Below, one piece after another: positions 1-14,199 of a stretch of DNA of 64,000 bases. The notes under the pieces were generated by a model that saw nothing but the letters and a program-made list of their open reading frames with translations, was not told the DNA's origin and did not search any database. The DNA is from Octopus vulgaris (Eukaryota): the NCBI GenBank assembly GCA_951406725.2, contig OX597814.1:215884001-215948000 (forward strand), given 5' to 3'. Position 1 is the first letter of the stretch. The number at the start of each line of letters is the position of its first letter. A program made the position numbers and the translations under genes.

Positions 1-339
1 CACCAGTCCTCTTCCAAACCAGTCAATTACATTAACAATAATAAAAACGATCAAAGTCAAAATAATAGCAAGAACTAACTAATATTGATAAGCAAACTAA
101 ATTACTAAGTTCAACGATTCTGGTTAATCTATCTAGATTTTAAAAGGATAAACATCTAATTAATCAACTCAATTAATTTCATTCATGAAAATACAATCAA
201 AAGTTTGAAAAAGTACAAATACACTAAAATCCATTATATAAACTCGTTATATTAATATCCATGTATAAAATCTATAGATTTAATATATCACACGATAAAA
301 AGTTAAACATAACTATTATACTAAAATAAAAACTAGTAT

Positions 340-527
340 ATTTAAAAAAATTGTACTAATAGAAAATTAGAATTATATAAAAAGAAACTTTATAATTTCT
401 TCAAAAGAAATGTTTTAAGTACTACTATATATAATGTGAAATATAATGTTAATTATTTAGATGTTAACATTAATTTAGTAACGGGTAAAACCCAACCATT
501 CCATAAAATTACTGAAAATCTTAGACT
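340..527 (+). mobile_element. Penelope-like element RT remnant
   Basis: Peptide VNYLDVNINLVTGKTQPFHK resembles the PLE late-RT region; the DNA aligns by eye with 22393-22575 of the larger PLE. Confidence 0.6.
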
Positions 528-2150
528 TTGCACCATCCACAGATCTGGTTGGTGGCCCTTAGCAGGTTGTCCTGTAGGAACCTCCAGTTGTCTTCTATAT
601 CATGTGAAGCTACATCCCCTTCTATTTAGTCAAAGGCTTCGATTAATATGTCTCTAAATCTCTGTCCATCTGCAGGATCTTTAAGTCTCCAGACCCTTCT
701 TCTCCTTGCTGGTTGTCTTCTGGGCATCCATTTAGCCCTGATCCTGAAGTCACTAACTACTAGTCTATATTGTGGAGTACATTTTCACCTGGGAAGGTTT
801 TGGCATTTATAAGCAGCCATCTTTCCCTTTTTCTGGTGAGGATGTAGTCAATCTGACTAGTGTGTCTGCCAGAGCGGTAGGTGACTAGGTGGCTGGCAGG
901 TTTTCTGAAGTTAGTATTGCAAACCATAAGATCATTTTCATCACAGAACTCCAGCAGCCTGGTTCCCTCCTCATTGCAGGAGCCAAAACCGTAGCCTCAA
1001 CGTATACCATGGAAGCTCCTGACATGTTGTCCAACATGTCCATTGAAGTCGCCAGCCACAAAGAGAAGGTTCCTGTCATTCGTCAATGCGGTAATCTGCA
1101 AGAGGGTGTCATAAAATCGGTCTTTCTGTCCATCGGGTAGCCCTGGCTGAGGGGCATAGGCTGAGATAATGGTTGCTAACCCATGATGAAGCATTAATCT
1201 AATCTTAAGTATTCTGTCGCATCCTCTGACTACCTCAGTTACTTTATCTGCCCATTTATCCACAAGAAGTTTACCCACACCCCCAACCCCGTCAGTGTTC
1301 CTTGCCCAGAAAATCTTGTACCTGTGTTCTTTGCCTGTGAGGAACCTAGCAGAACCTCCTCTCCACCTTACTTCTTGGATGCAGCACATATCGACGCATC
1401 TCCATTCAAGCATCTCAACAATCTCACCAGACCTACCTTTCAGTGTGCAGACGTTGAGAGTGCCAACCCTGAGGGTGTGGGAGGTATGGGCCCTAGAGAC
1501 CCTGGGACGGGGGTTAGTGGCGTCATGTACCTGAAAAGGGAGCTCGCATTTGGCAGAATTCATAAGCAAACAATGATCTTAATAAGTTCAACCTGCTTAC
1601 ACTAAACTATCATGTTTTGCACTGTATTATCACTACCTTATATAGTAGGGGTGGTGTTGGCGTAAGGCCTTTAGGAGTTCATGGGAGACAAGCAAAGGAA
1701 GACGAGATAGGGACTTTCGGTACAGGTGGAAAGGGTGGGAGGGCTTAGGTACCTCCAGGAACTGGCAACCATGGGCTAGGAATTAAGAGACAGAAAAGGC
1801 CAACAGGTTGATAGGCAAATAGGGTAGGAATTAAATAGACAGAATGATAGCCGATAAGTGAGGGAGAAAGACAAGATGAGCGACAAAATTAAAGACGAAA
1901 GACTGTGTGATCGTGTGATAAATTTTCATGAGTGAAAGACTATGTTGCAAATTACGGAAGTGCGTGACCTAGGGTTTAAGACGAAAAGACATCAACAGTA
2001 AGACGGAAAGACAGAATAGGGAGAAAATAATAAGGGTCTATGATGATAATACTCGCAAAAATACAATGAAACGAGGAGCAAGTTGAAAGCTTAAAATCTC
2101 TTATCTGAAATTTTTCATCCTCTGAGAATCGTGTTTACAGCCAGGGTTAA
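527..2150 (-). mobile_element. RTE LINE, 5' part only (5' UTR plus AP endonuclease), degenerate
   Basis: ORF 997-1569 has APE motifs (TLNV, CIQEVRW, ISAYAPQ, AGDFNGHVG); colinear with 12208-13781. Confidence 0.9.
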
Positions 2151-2523
2151 TCAATATATATATATATATATAAATATGTATGTATGTATATATGGTGCAT
2201 TTTAAAACCTTTCTTGTAATTTTTCTTTCATGTATATATCACTCATATGGCAGTGATGTCTGCTTCACACAGTTTACCTGCTTACCACATCACATGACTG
2301 AGGCTGATAATCATGTGATAAGTAATTTCTAACAGGGTAACCTGTTCAAGGAAAGAAACTTGGTTATTCAGTTGAAGAAGGCTTCCAGTGCTAAATGGCC
2401 TCTCGTAAATACTTTAGAGCCAGCCAACGCTATAACTCTTGGTTCGACATTATTGGACATAAGAAAATAAAACAGTTATTTCAAGAAATTTCTCTTTAAA
2501 GAATGATAAGTAGAAAAATGTAA

Positions 2524-3308
2524 ATCATCATAATCATTGTCATTCAACATCCACTTTCCATGCTGGCATGGGTTGGATGGCTTGACTGAAAGTGATAGGC
2601 TGGAGTGCTGCACCAGGTTCCAGTCAGATTTGACACAGTTTCTACAGCTGGATGCCTTTCCATATGCCAACCTCTCCAAGAGTGAAATGGGTGCTTTTTA
2701 TGTGACACCAGCATCGTCTACGATTTCATTTGGTTTGATGAGTCTTCTCAAGCATGGTAAATTGCCAGAGGTCTCAGCAACTTATCATCTCTGTGTGGAT
2801 CAAAGTTTGTAAGGTACATTTTGTGTAACACTGGCATAAGCCACAACTACAATTTCACTTGGCTTGATGGCTCTTCTTAAGCACAGAATATTGCCAAAGG
2901 TCTCAGTCACTAGTCATAGCCTCCATGAAGCTCAATGTTCGAGGATCATGCTTCACCACCTCGTCCCTCGTCCCTTGGGTCTATCTCTTCCACATGTCCC
3001 CTCCACAGTGAAGTCTTCTCTCTTGCACACCACATCTGATGCCTCTTGTGCACCATTCCAGATAAGGGATTGGGGGACTCTGTCAAAAGCTTTCTTTATG
3101 TCAATGAAGGCCAAGTACAGAGGTTTATCTTTGGCTAGGTACAGAGGTTTATTTCCCGCAGCTGTCTTACCAGAAATATAATGTCAGTGGTGCTACTCCC
3201 TGGCGCAAACCCAAACTGCATCTCGTCTAAACTAACTCTCTCCCTAATTATTTGGGCTATGACCCTCTCCATGACTTTCATCACCTGATCCAACTATTTG
3301 ATAACTCT
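2524..3308 (-). mobile_element. Internally deleted RTE LINE (3' end plus RT fragment)
   Basis: Has a (CAT)n tail and the conserved end tttccatgctggcatgggttggatgg; 3056-3300 matches the RT segment at about 11321-11545. Confidence 0.8.
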
Positions 3309-3475
3309 CCAATGTCTGTTTATTTGTGGGGTGTGGGGACACTTTATACCTTCATATTAATTAGAATATGAACAATAGTCATGTTTACAATGTATCAGAT
3401 AAATAATTATAATTATCCTTTGTTAGGGAATCACAGAGTGAGACAAGAATATTTTATCAACAGCCATAAATTAAA

Positions 3476-3720
3476 CATCATCATCATCATCCTTGTTTTC
3501 ACATTCATTGTTCCCTGCTTGCATGGGTGAGATTAGTTTATTGAGGCAGACTTTCTATAGCTTGATGCTCTTCCTGATGCTGACCCTCATCTGTTTCCAA
3601 GCAAGGTAATATTCCCCCTGGCCAGACGTGGTTTCCACAGAAGACAGGAAACAAACAACCTCACTTGTATGCTGGGGATGCTCGTTTACAGCCATCACAT
3701 GATGTCAAGACAAGAGTACA
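3476..3720 (-). mobile_element. Old RTE-related 3' end fragment
   Basis: (CAT)n tail followed by a degenerate version of the RTE 3' UTR. Confidence 0.55.
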
Positions 3721-3759
3721 AACACACACACACACACACAGTACATATATGAGGGTCCC

Positions 3760-3862
3760 TTGTATCAGTTTCTATCTCCCAAACCAGTTTACACGGCTTT
3801 GGTTGGCTCAGGGCCATACTAGAAGATATTTGCTTGAGTTGCCTTACATTGGGATTCAACAT
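3760..3862 (-). mobile_element. tRNA-derived SINE, body part (split by an RTE insertion; head at 7178-7233)
   Basis: Matches the SINE copies at 24010-24157 and 30180-30338; the head resumes after the TSD at 7178-7189. Confidence 0.75.
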
Positions 3863-6800
3863 ACTTACTTGTACTTGTGACGGCATTCACCCAGGGCGGG
3901 TTAAGCCGGCTTCTTCTCTGGTCCTAACGGCATCACGAACCATGGCAGGCCACACTTGACAGTCCTGTGCGAGGTCACTGGAAATAGCGAGCCATTCATG
4001 GTTCCATCTGCACAGACCGATCACCTGACCTGTGTACCTGACAGTTCAGAGAGGTCCTCCTTTAACGTGGTTGCCCAGGTCTTCACATGCCCGCTCATGC
4101 ATTTGTGCCAGCTGAGTAGTGGTGGTGGGAGGCAGACATCGTGAATCAGCTCACTCTCTGGACATTGGGCCGCATGACCGACCCACCTTAAGCGCCATTG
4201 TAGATGCAGCGATGGGAAGGGTGGGAGATTCAGGCGATGACGAAGACCGGCTGTAGGAACCCGATCAATGTGTTGGTAGTGAAGAATGCAACGGAGACAA
4301 TCCCTGTCGAACACCTCCAGCCTTTGCTGATCGACTGCCCTCGTAGGCCATGTTTCACAACCATAATGGAGGACAGTATGAACAACAACCTGGTAGATTC
4401 GCCCTTTGGTCACCAAGGAGATCTCTGTTCTGTCCCACAGGCACCGCTGGAGGTGCATGAATGTGGATCTGGCAGCTCCTATGTGATGCTCGAATTTGGC
4501 TGCGCCCTGGCCCGTTGGAATCACCGTTGAACCCAGGTAAATGAAGGAATCCACATCCTCCAGCTCCATGCCCTTGAGAACGATTGGCTGCCATTCATCT
4601 GCTGTGACCAGAGACCTCATCACTTTGGTTTTGCCAGTATTGATCCGAAGACCAACAGCTGATGCATGCACCCTTTCGAGAGCAACTTGGACATCTGCCC
4701 GGTTAGTGCCCCAGAGTGCAATGTCATCTGCATAGGCCAGGTCTGTTACCACGACTCCTCTCCCAGCCTCTATGCCTGGGTAGTCCCGAAGCACAGTGTT
4801 GAGAATGTAACTGATGGCGTATTTGAATAGGGTTGGCGAGTGCGCACAACCCTGTCGAACACTGGTAGTGACATATAACGACTCCGTCACCCCACCATAG
4901 ACCCTCACACGAGCCCTCGTTGAATGTTAGTAGCCCTGTATGAGGTTTAGCAGCTTCACAGGGATAACATCCGCCTGCATAATATGCCAGAGGGCTTCCC
5001 GATTCACCGAGTCAAAGGCAGCCGCAGAATCGATGAACCAGAGAATGGTAGGTTGTTAGTGCACCCACCACTATCCCAGGACTCGCCGGAGACTGAAGAT
5101 TTGATCAACACACCCTCTCCCGCGATAGAAGCCACCCTGAGAAGGACGAGTACAGACATTACGGATGGCCTGGATCCTCTTCAGAAGAAGAATTGCAAAC
5201 ATGTTGGCAGCCACATCGATCAAGCTGATGCCTCTATAGTTGGAGGCAGCTTTCTATCACCTTTTTTGAAGAAAGGTAAAGGAGTTGCCTCACTCCAGTC
5301 ATCAGGAAAACCCTCCATCACCCACACAGCACAGAAGACACGATGGAGCCAGGCTGCAAAGATATCAGGCTTGGCCTTGTAGATCTCAGCTGGGACACCA
5401 TCCTCACCAAGGGCCTTGTTGTTCCGGAGATTTTTCAGGATACCGCGCATCTCCTCAGCGATTGAAGGGGCAGGGTTGCACCCGTACTCTTCTCCAGGCG
5501 GCTGCGCGACGGTTGTTGTAGATGGAGGTAGGTGGCACAGCCGGTCACTGAAGTTGGTAATGACCACACTGTTCCGATCACAGATCGTCTCGCTGACACC
5601 CAGATTGCTACGGCTGGCCTGCTTCACTAGTTGGTAAAGCTTGCATGGCCGCATGTGGCTGCCCTCTCCGTCTAACCCATAAATGCACGCCAGTCTGTAT
5701 TTTGATCGGCCCAGATGGCCCGAGAGGCTTGACGACGTAGATCTCGCAGATTTGGCACCCCCTCGCGCTAAGCCACCCTAGCCCTCTCCACGAGTTCAAG
5801 AGTGTCACTGGAGATCCAGTCCCTTGGACAGCGGCGAGTAGACCAGAGGTATTTTCAGGCCACCTCAACTGTCACCTCCTTCAGTGCGCACCACTCCCCC
5901 AGCTGCTGTTCCACCACATCACCAAGCAACTGGAATCGGTTTCACAGCTCCAACTGGAAACCATTGCCAGCATTGAGTTTGAGTTGCAAGATGTCAATTC
6001 TCTTCTTATGGTTAGGAGGAGGTTTTGCCTGCATCCACAAACGAAGGATTGCCCGAACAAGAGTATGGTCTAACCCATGCTCGCTGCCCGTATCAGCCCC
6101 GCGATATGCATGAGTGTCCACCACTGAGCTAGCCGAGCCGGACCTAACCAGTATGTAGTCGATCTGATTGGCTGTTCTCCCGTCATTGGACCGCCAAGTG
6201 ACGAGATGGCGTAGAGGATGTTGGAACCAGGTATTGGTAACAATGAGACGATTGGCATTTGCGAAGGATATGAGCCGTTCACCATTGTCACAGCGGCATG
6301 GCGTCCCAGAATGTCGCATTGTATCATCAGCCAGCCCTTTTCGTGCATTCCACTCCCCAGCAACAATGAGAACATCAATGGATGGGACACCATCCACGGC
6401 AGCCTGGAGATCATTGTAGAACTGCACCTCGTCCACACCTCATAGACAGCAATCTCACGACATTGGCGATTTGACCCCTCAATCGAACCAGCACAAGTCG
6501 GTGTGAAATCGGTTGCCACGCCAGCAGAGCCACTTGCGCGTCAGGGCTGACCACCACCGCAAACCTATGAAGACCACTGACATCCTCGCCCGGCACCTTA
6601 ATAGGAAGATGGCCAACATCAGCGAGTTGGACCTCTGAAAGGCAAGCAACATTCACATAGTACTTGTGCAAAGCCTTCATTGTTAGCGACTGGACACCGT
6701 TGTCGCGAAGGGTTCTGATGTTCCAGCACGGTACCTTCAGTTCTGTCTTACATTTAAAGAGCAGGACTACTCCAGGAGTAGTTTGAAGAGCCATACCAGT

Positions 6801-7177
6801 TTGAGGGTTGTTGATTGGTTGCATAGGTAGATAATTCGTATTCGTATTTATTGCCATGGTAGTAGTAGGATTCATAGAAGTTTCGTGGGAATATTGAATT
6901 CACAAGTGGTCCCCGATATCCTACATGCATATCCTGAGAGACGGGATGCGTTGTTTGCTGTGGAGTCTCCACAGATGCAGGGACCGAATGACCTCAAAGC
7001 CGCCAGTTGCCAATCAGACGCCTCTTGGAATTTTCACCAGAGTCCTGTTTGCCAGTCTGCAGCCCTAATACCACTTGGTGCCAAACCAATCCACCAGGAA
7101 CTAAAGTTCCCGACGGCATAGCTCTGACACTGCCCTTTTACACCACCCTACCGCTTTGAGGAGGGGTTGAACCTTTA
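3863..7177 (-). mobile_element. Full-length degenerate RTE LINE (second, GC-richer family) with 12-bp TSD
   Basis: APE (CWNIRTL, NQIDYILV) and RT (SVRQGCAHSPTLF, LAYADDIAL, DSFIYLGS) motifs across frameshifts; tail acaagtacaagtaagt; TSD GGGATTCAACAT at 3851-3862 and 7178-7189. Confidence 0.92.
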
Positions 7178-7349
7178 GGGATTCAACATGGTTGGAAATG
7201 AAGCTTTTTAACCACAAATCCATGGCTGTGCCCATAAATGAATAATAGGACTCAGATAAAAGTTGACTGAAGGAGGAAAAATCTTAATTAGCCGCTGAAA
7301 TAAATCATTTAAATTTTCACTAAAATATCAAGCAAATAACAAGTCCTAC

Positions 7350-7529
7350 CTCTGCTTTTACTGATTCCAAACACCGTTTCTAGATGAAGCTTAAAAGCTC
7401 TGACAACTTCCTTCCGTACATCAATCAAACAAATATGTTTTATTTTAGAATTTGAGTGAGTATCAAGATATTCCTTTATAGCTGTTACTGTACATTTGGT
7501 TCCCTTTTCTATGGGTATACCATAAATAC
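7350..7529 (-). CDS. PARP14: PARP14-like gene exon: C-terminal part of a macrodomain
   Basis: Acceptor ttacag, donor GTAGGA, 180 bp, phase 1-1. Encodes GIYGIPIEKGTKCTVTAIKEYL...KHICLID and completes the AISTG-IYG motif with the previous exon. Confidence 0.85.
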
Positions 7530-8179
7530 CTGTAATAAATAAAGTATACAACATATTTAATCCAACAATTGTTCTTACTCAAAATATATATAATTAACCT
7601 GTGATATAATTTCAGTAATTTATCAGCTGCAATGCCAAGAAGCAATACAATTCCATCATTTAGAAGAATATTCTTTAATAGACAGGGGGGAACTTTCTAG
7701 GTGCGATACCATGGCCATTCATGACCGAGGGGGAGGGTCTTTAATCCCCATTAATTTACAATGGTATTTAATAAGATATAAGTTTGTCTCCCTCTCTCTC
7801 GTGTTGAACACATTTTCTTTTCTTTGTTGTTCGTTCAGTTAAATAATAATAATAATAATAATAATAATGATAATCATGGAAATTGAACGATGTTGTTGCC
7901 TAAGATAACCTTAGCTCACGCATTTTCTTAACTGCAACATATTCATTCATTCATCTATGAAAGTTTATCATACAGTCATTTGTCTCTAATTTTGTCTTCC
8001 GCTCTGTAACGAAGAACTATATCTCATTCTGTTCTCGGAGAATTCTCTTGTAAATATGTCTACAGAACGTATTTAGCATTGCAAACATTGGCAAAAACAT
8101 ACCTTTAGTTCCTATAAGTAATTACTACCAATCCATAAAATACAACCTCTGTCTTCTTACATTTCATTTCCACTACATA

Positions 8180-9445
8180 CGAGGGACGATCAATAAGTAA
8201 TGCCCCTGACCCATTTGCAGTTGTTTGATCTTGCTGAAATTGTGCATGTGAAATTATTTCTATCTCTATAGATTAAGTGGCAAATTACAGCTCTGAACTA
8301 ATTGTGGTTTCTGATTTACAGGTGTTTGAACTGAGTCAAGTGTGAAATGGAGCCTGTTGAGTGTCGAGCAGTGATCCGGATTTTGTATTTGAAAGGACGC
8401 ACACTACGGGAGACTTTTGATGAAATGAAAGTAACTTATAGTAATGATACCCCATCATATGACCTTGTAAAACGCTGGCATTGTGAATTCAAACATGGTC
8501 GGAACTCTGTGGAAACAGCTCCCAGATCTGGTTGCCCCCTTTCTGCCATTGATGAGGCATCTGTCCGTAAAGTTGAGGCTGCCATTTTGGAAGATCGACG
8601 CATAACTATTCGCCAAATAGCCTATGAGGTCAAGATTAGTACCGGGAAACTATCATTCATGACCATTTGCATATGCAAAAGGTGTCTGCCAGATGGATTC
8701 CCAAGTTGCTCACACCTTTCCAGAAGCAAGAACACGTTGAGTGCTCGAGGATGAATTTGGAGATGTGCCAAGAAGATGAGTCAAAATTTTTCTAAAGACT
8801 GATTACCCAGGATGAAACCTGGGTCCATCACTATGATCTAGAGACCAAAGCCCAGTCAATGCAGTGGAAGCACCGTGACTCACCTCCTCCAAAGAAGGCA
8901 AGGGTGCAGCCCTCCGCTGGTAAGGTCATGCTCACAGTCTTCTGGGACCAGGACGGAATAGTGATGACAAGTTTCCTGGCAAAGGGTTCCACAATTACAG
9001 GAGCCTATTATGCTTCACTTTTGAGGAAATTAAGAGAAGCTATCAAAATCAAGAGGCGGGGCAAGATCAGCAAAGGCATCCTCCGGTCCACAACTCACGT
9101 GTTGCCAGATCAGAAGCACAGGCGTGCGGCTATGAACTCCTCCCCGATCCCCCAACTCTCCTGACCTTGCACTCTCTGATTTTCACCTCTTCCCAGCCAT
9201 GAGGTTGTTTTTGAAAGGAAAGCGTTTCCCAGATGATACAGCCTTGATTTCTGAAGTCACGTCATGGTTGGAGGACCAAGCTGGGGTCCTCTACAAAAAC
9301 GGTCTCCAGAGCTGCATCAAACGATGGGAGAAATGCGTAACTCTGGGTGGTTCCTATGTAGAAAAAGACTAATAACTGTGCCAAGTTTCGTTGCTCTACT
9401 GCTATGAGAAGTGAGTCAGGGGCATTACTTATTGAACGCCCCTCG
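8180..9445 (+). mobile_element. Tc1/mariner DNA transposon with disrupted transposase
   Basis: About 31-bp TIRs (cgagggacgatcaataagtaatgcccctgac and its inverse), TA on the left; motifs RWIPKLLT, QDETWVHHYD, MLTVFWD, SPDLALSDFHLF; frameshifts and an internal deletion. Confidence 0.93.
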
Positions 9446-9630
9446 TTTATCTATTTCCATGCCTTTAAGTTTTATTCCCATTCACCTATCACACTATATT
9501 TCTCTTAGTTTTCTGCTAATTTCTTTCTTTCTCCTCCTTCTCTTTCTCTAAATTACCTTTCACATTAAACCTATAAACGATTTTTAAAAAAAAAGTAACT
9601 TGCCAGTGTTTCCTTCATATACGCAGTAAT

Positions 9631-12600
9631 CACATCATCATCGTTTAGTGTCTGCTTTCCATGCTTGCATGGGTTGGACGGTTCAACTGGGGTCTGGGAA
9701 GCCAGAAGGCTGCACCAGGCCCAGTCTGATCTGGCAATGTTTCTACGGCTGGATACCCTTCCTAACGCCAACAACTCCATGAGTGTAGTGGGTGTTTTAC
9801 ATGCCAGACGAGGCTGGCAAACGGCCACGATCGGATGGTGCACTTTACGTACCACCGGCACAGAGGCCAGGCAAGGCTGGCAAACGGCCACGATCGGATG
9901 GTGCTTTTTACGTGGCACCGAAGCCAGTCGGGGCGGCGCTGGCAACGGTCACGTTTGGATGGTTCTCTTATGTGCCACCGGCACTGGTATCACAGCTACA
10001 ATTTCCATTCATGTTGATAGATTTTGATTTTTGATTGTGATTTTGATTTTCACTTGCCTCAACAGGTCTTCACAAGTAGAGTTTTATGTCCCAAAAAGGA
10101 AAGTTATGCATACGTGGACTGAGGCCGGGTTATGGTCTCACTTGTCCTGCCGGGTCTTCTCACGCACAGCATACTTCCAAAGAACTTGGTCTCTAGTCAT
10201 TTCCTCGGTGAGACCTAAAGTTCGAAGGTCGTGCTTCACCACCTCATCCCAGGTTTTCCTGGGTCTGCCTCTTCCACAGGTTCCCTCAACAGCTAGGGTG
10301 TGACACTTTTTCACACAACTATCTTCATCCATTCTCGCCACATGGCCATACCAGCGCAAACGTCTCTCTTGCACACCGCAACTGATGCTTCTTACGTCCA
10401 ACATCTCTCTCAAGGTACTTACACTCTGTCGAGTATGAACACTGACATTACACATCCATCGGAGCATAGTGGCTTCATTTCTTGCGAGCTTACGCATATC
10501 CTCAGCAGTCACGGCCCATGTTTCACTGCCATGTAGCATGGCTGTTCGTACACATGCATCATACAGTCTGCCTTTTACTCTGAGCGAGAGGCCTTTCTTC
10601 CCTAGCAGAGGTAAGAGCTCTCTGAACTTTGCTCAAGCTCTTCTTACTCTAGCAGTTACACTTTCAACACACCTGCCACCGCTACTGACTTGGTCACCTA
10701 GGTAACGGAAGCTATCAACTATTTCTAGTTTTTCTCCCTGGAATGTGGCGGAAGTTGCTCTCTGCGCATTTTCAGTGTTTATTGCTCCTGAGCATATACC
10801 ACATACAAAAACTATCTTCCTAGTTAGCCTTCCCTTGACGTTGCTGCACCCTTTATGTGTCCATAGCTTACACTTGGTACATCTTATAGAGTTTCTACCT
10901 ACGCCTTACCTACTGATCGAGCAAGGCCATCTACCTGAAGGCGTTTGCGACTTGCCTACCTTCCTACTTATTAGGACTTTGGTTTTAGCTAGGTTGACTC
11001 TAAGGCCCTTCAATTCTAATCCTTGCTTCCACACCTGAAACTTTTCCTCCAGTTCTGATAGTGACTCAGCAATTAGAGCAAGGTCATCAGCATAGAGGAG
11101 CTCCCAGGGGCATCCTGCCTTGAATTCCTCCGTTATTGCCTGGAGGACTATGATAAATAGGAGGGGGCTGAGTACTGAACCTTGGTGGACCCCTACCTCT
11201 ACCTGGAATGCTTCACTGTACTCGTTGCCAACCCTCACCTTACTAACAGCGTCTCTGTACATGGCTTGCACAGCTCTCACTAACCATTCATCTATCCCTA
11301 GTTTCCTCATTGACCACCAAATAAGGGATCGGGGGACCCTGTCAAAGGCTTTCTCCATGTCGATGAAAGCCAGGTACAGGGGCTTATCTTTGGCTAGGTA
11401 TTTCTCCTGCAGCTGTCTTACCAGGAATAAGGCATCAGTGGTGCTTTTCCCTGGCACGAATCGAAACTGCATCTCATCTCTAATTAGTTGGACTATGACC
11501 CTCTCCGTAACCTTCATCACCTGACCCAACAGCTTGATACCTCTGTAATTATTTGTATCTAGGGCGTCACCTTTACCTTTGTAGCAGTTGACTATTATGC
11601 TGCTACACCAGTCATTGGGTATGACTCTTTCGTGTATCACCTGGTTAACTATACGGGTGACTAGGCTATAGCTGACACTACCTGATATTTTGAGCATCTC
11701 TGCAGTGATTCTTGATGGGCCTGGGGCTTTCCTTGTCTTCATGCTTCTAATTGCCTTAACTACCAAGGAACTGTCAACTCGGATAGCTGGTCCCTCTGTT
11801 GGGTCGACATTCGGCAGACTCTCTTTATCCCATTCATTTTCTTTATTCAGCAACCTTTCATAGTGGCGTTTCCAAACCTGTCTCTTTGCATCCTCATTTA
11901 GCGCAAATGAACCATCATCCATGTGAACACATTTCTCTCCTACCACATCACGATTCTCTCTCACACACTGTCTTGCAACGCGAAATACCTCAAGTCTTTG
12001 GTCCTCACGGCACAGAACATTGGCAATTTTTTTTCTCATCTGCTTCCCCTCTGACTAAATAAACCTGTATCCTAGCTTCTCTTTTGGCAGTCCGATACAC
12101 TTCCCTGCTACCCCCATTTTTCCAGTCCTTCCAAGCCTGTCTCTTTTCTCTAATAGCCCTGTCTACAACATTGTTCCACCACCACGTTATTTTAGGTCGA
12201 GAGGGGACTTTGCACCATCCATGGATCTGGTCAGTGGCTCTCAGTAGGTTGTCCCTTAGAATCCTCGAGTTGTCTTCTACCCCATGTGAAGCTATATCCC
12301 CTTCTACTTTGTCAAATGCTTGAAGTAATATGTCCCTAAATCTCTGTCCATTTGCAGGATCTTTAAGCTTCCAGATCCTTCTTCTCCATGTTGGTCGTCT
12401 TCTGGTCGTCCTCTTAGTCCTGATCCTAAAGTCACTAACTACCAGTCTATGTTGTGGGGTACATTCTTCGCCTGGGAAGGTTTTGGCATTTATAAGCAGC
12501 CATCTTTCCCTTTTCCTGGCAAGGATGTATTCAATTTGGCTGGTATGTCGACCCGATCGGTAGGTGACTAGGTGGCTGGTAGGTTTCCTGAAGTTAGTGT

Positions 12601-13960
12601 TGCAAACCATGAGATCATTTGCTTCGCAGAACTCCATGTGCCTGGTTCCCTCCTTGTTGTGGGAACCATAGCCATTGCCTCCATGTATACCATGGAAGCC
12701 CCCAGCATATTTTCCAACATGCCCATTGAAATCACCAGCCACAAAGAGAAGGTCTCTGTCGTTTGTCAACAAAGTAGTCTGCAGTAAGGCGTCATAGAAT
12801 CGGTCTTTCTATCCATCGGGTAGCCCCGGCTGAGGGGCATAGGCCGATATAATGGTTGCTAATCCATGATGAAGCACTATTTTAATCTTAAGTATTCTGT
12901 CACATACTCTGATTACCTCAATTACCTTATCTACCCATTTTTCAGCGAGAAGTATACCCACGCCTCCAACCCCGTCAGTGTTTCCTGCCCAGAAGATCTT
13001 GTACCTGTGTTCTTTGCCTGTGAGGAACCTAGCAGAACCTCCTCTCCACCTTACTTCTGGGATGCAACATATATCAACACGTCTCCGTTCAAGCATCTCA
13101 ACAATCTCACCAGACCTACCTTTCTGTGTGCCAACGTTGAGAGTGCCAACCCTGAGGGTGTGGGAGGTATGGGCCCTAGAGACCGTGGGACGGGAAGTAG
13201 TGGCGTCATGTACCTGAAAAGAAAGCTCGCATTTGGCAGAATTCATAAGCAAAGCAATGATCTTAAGTACAACCTGCTTACACTATACTATCATGTTTTG
13301 CACCATATGGTCACTACCTTATATAGTAGGGGTGGTATTGGCTTAAGGCCTTAAAGGAAGACGAGATGAGAGAAGGACTTCCGGTACGGGTTGAGGGGGA
13401 GGGAGAGCGGGCGGCACCGCGAACTGGGAATGATGGGGTAGGAATTTAAGTGACAGAAAAGACCGATAGATAGGCAAATGGTGTAGGAATTGAATAGACA
13501 GAGTGATGACCGATAGATGAGGGAGAAAGACAAGATTTGAGACGAAATGCTTTGTGGTCATGTGAATAAGTTTCTATGAGTGAAAGGTATATGTTGTGAG
13601 GAAATGCTTGAGCTAGCGTTTGAGACGAAAGACATCGACAGTAAGAAGGAGGAAATAATAAGATTTTATGGTGATTATACTCGCAAAAAAAACAATGAAA
13701 GGAGGAGTAAGTCGAAATCTTAAAAATATCTTAGTTGCTATTTTTCATCCTGAGGTAGGTGTTGCGTGTGTTACAGCCAGGGTATGGAAGTAAGAATAGA
13801 AAGGGTCAGGCCGCATGGATTGGTTTTTATAGGGGAGGGGTTGGGGTTGCTGAGAGGGTGAGTAGGAAGCAGGGCATATTGGCTAGGCGGGTGGAATCGA
13901 GAGAAAGTGAGATATAGACAGTGACAGTCGATAGGGAGGGAGAGAGAGAGAGAGAGAGAG
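9631..13960 (-). mobile_element. Near full-length RTE LINE (APE-RT with internal PHD finger), several stops and frameshifts
   Basis: ORF pieces 12809-13252, 12005-12772, 10906-12039 (GVHQGSVLSPLLF, LLYADDL) and 10138-10539 (GRGRPRKTW); (GAT)n tail; 5' limit approximate. Confidence 0.93.
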
Positions 13961-14199
13961 TTAAAATGGCTTATTGATGTGTTTTGTTCCTCTTTTTCCC
14001 CTGCTGAGAATATCACATTGTTTTACATCATTTTCTTTCCCCCGGAATAATACCAAATTGGGTCTTCTAACAAGAATGAGGCTCCTCACAAAAATGGAAA
14101 TTCTTACAAAATTGAGATTTCAATCAAAAGTTTCTGTGGATCTTGAGTAATCAGTAAAAATTACAGTCTTAAGTTTCTGATTTACATAAGTATTTTATT

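Noticed and set aside
7000-7177. HDV-like or twister ribozyme at the RTE 5' end
   Set aside because: Plausible from known RTE biology, but I could not build the nested pseudoknot by eye; it needs a descriptor search.
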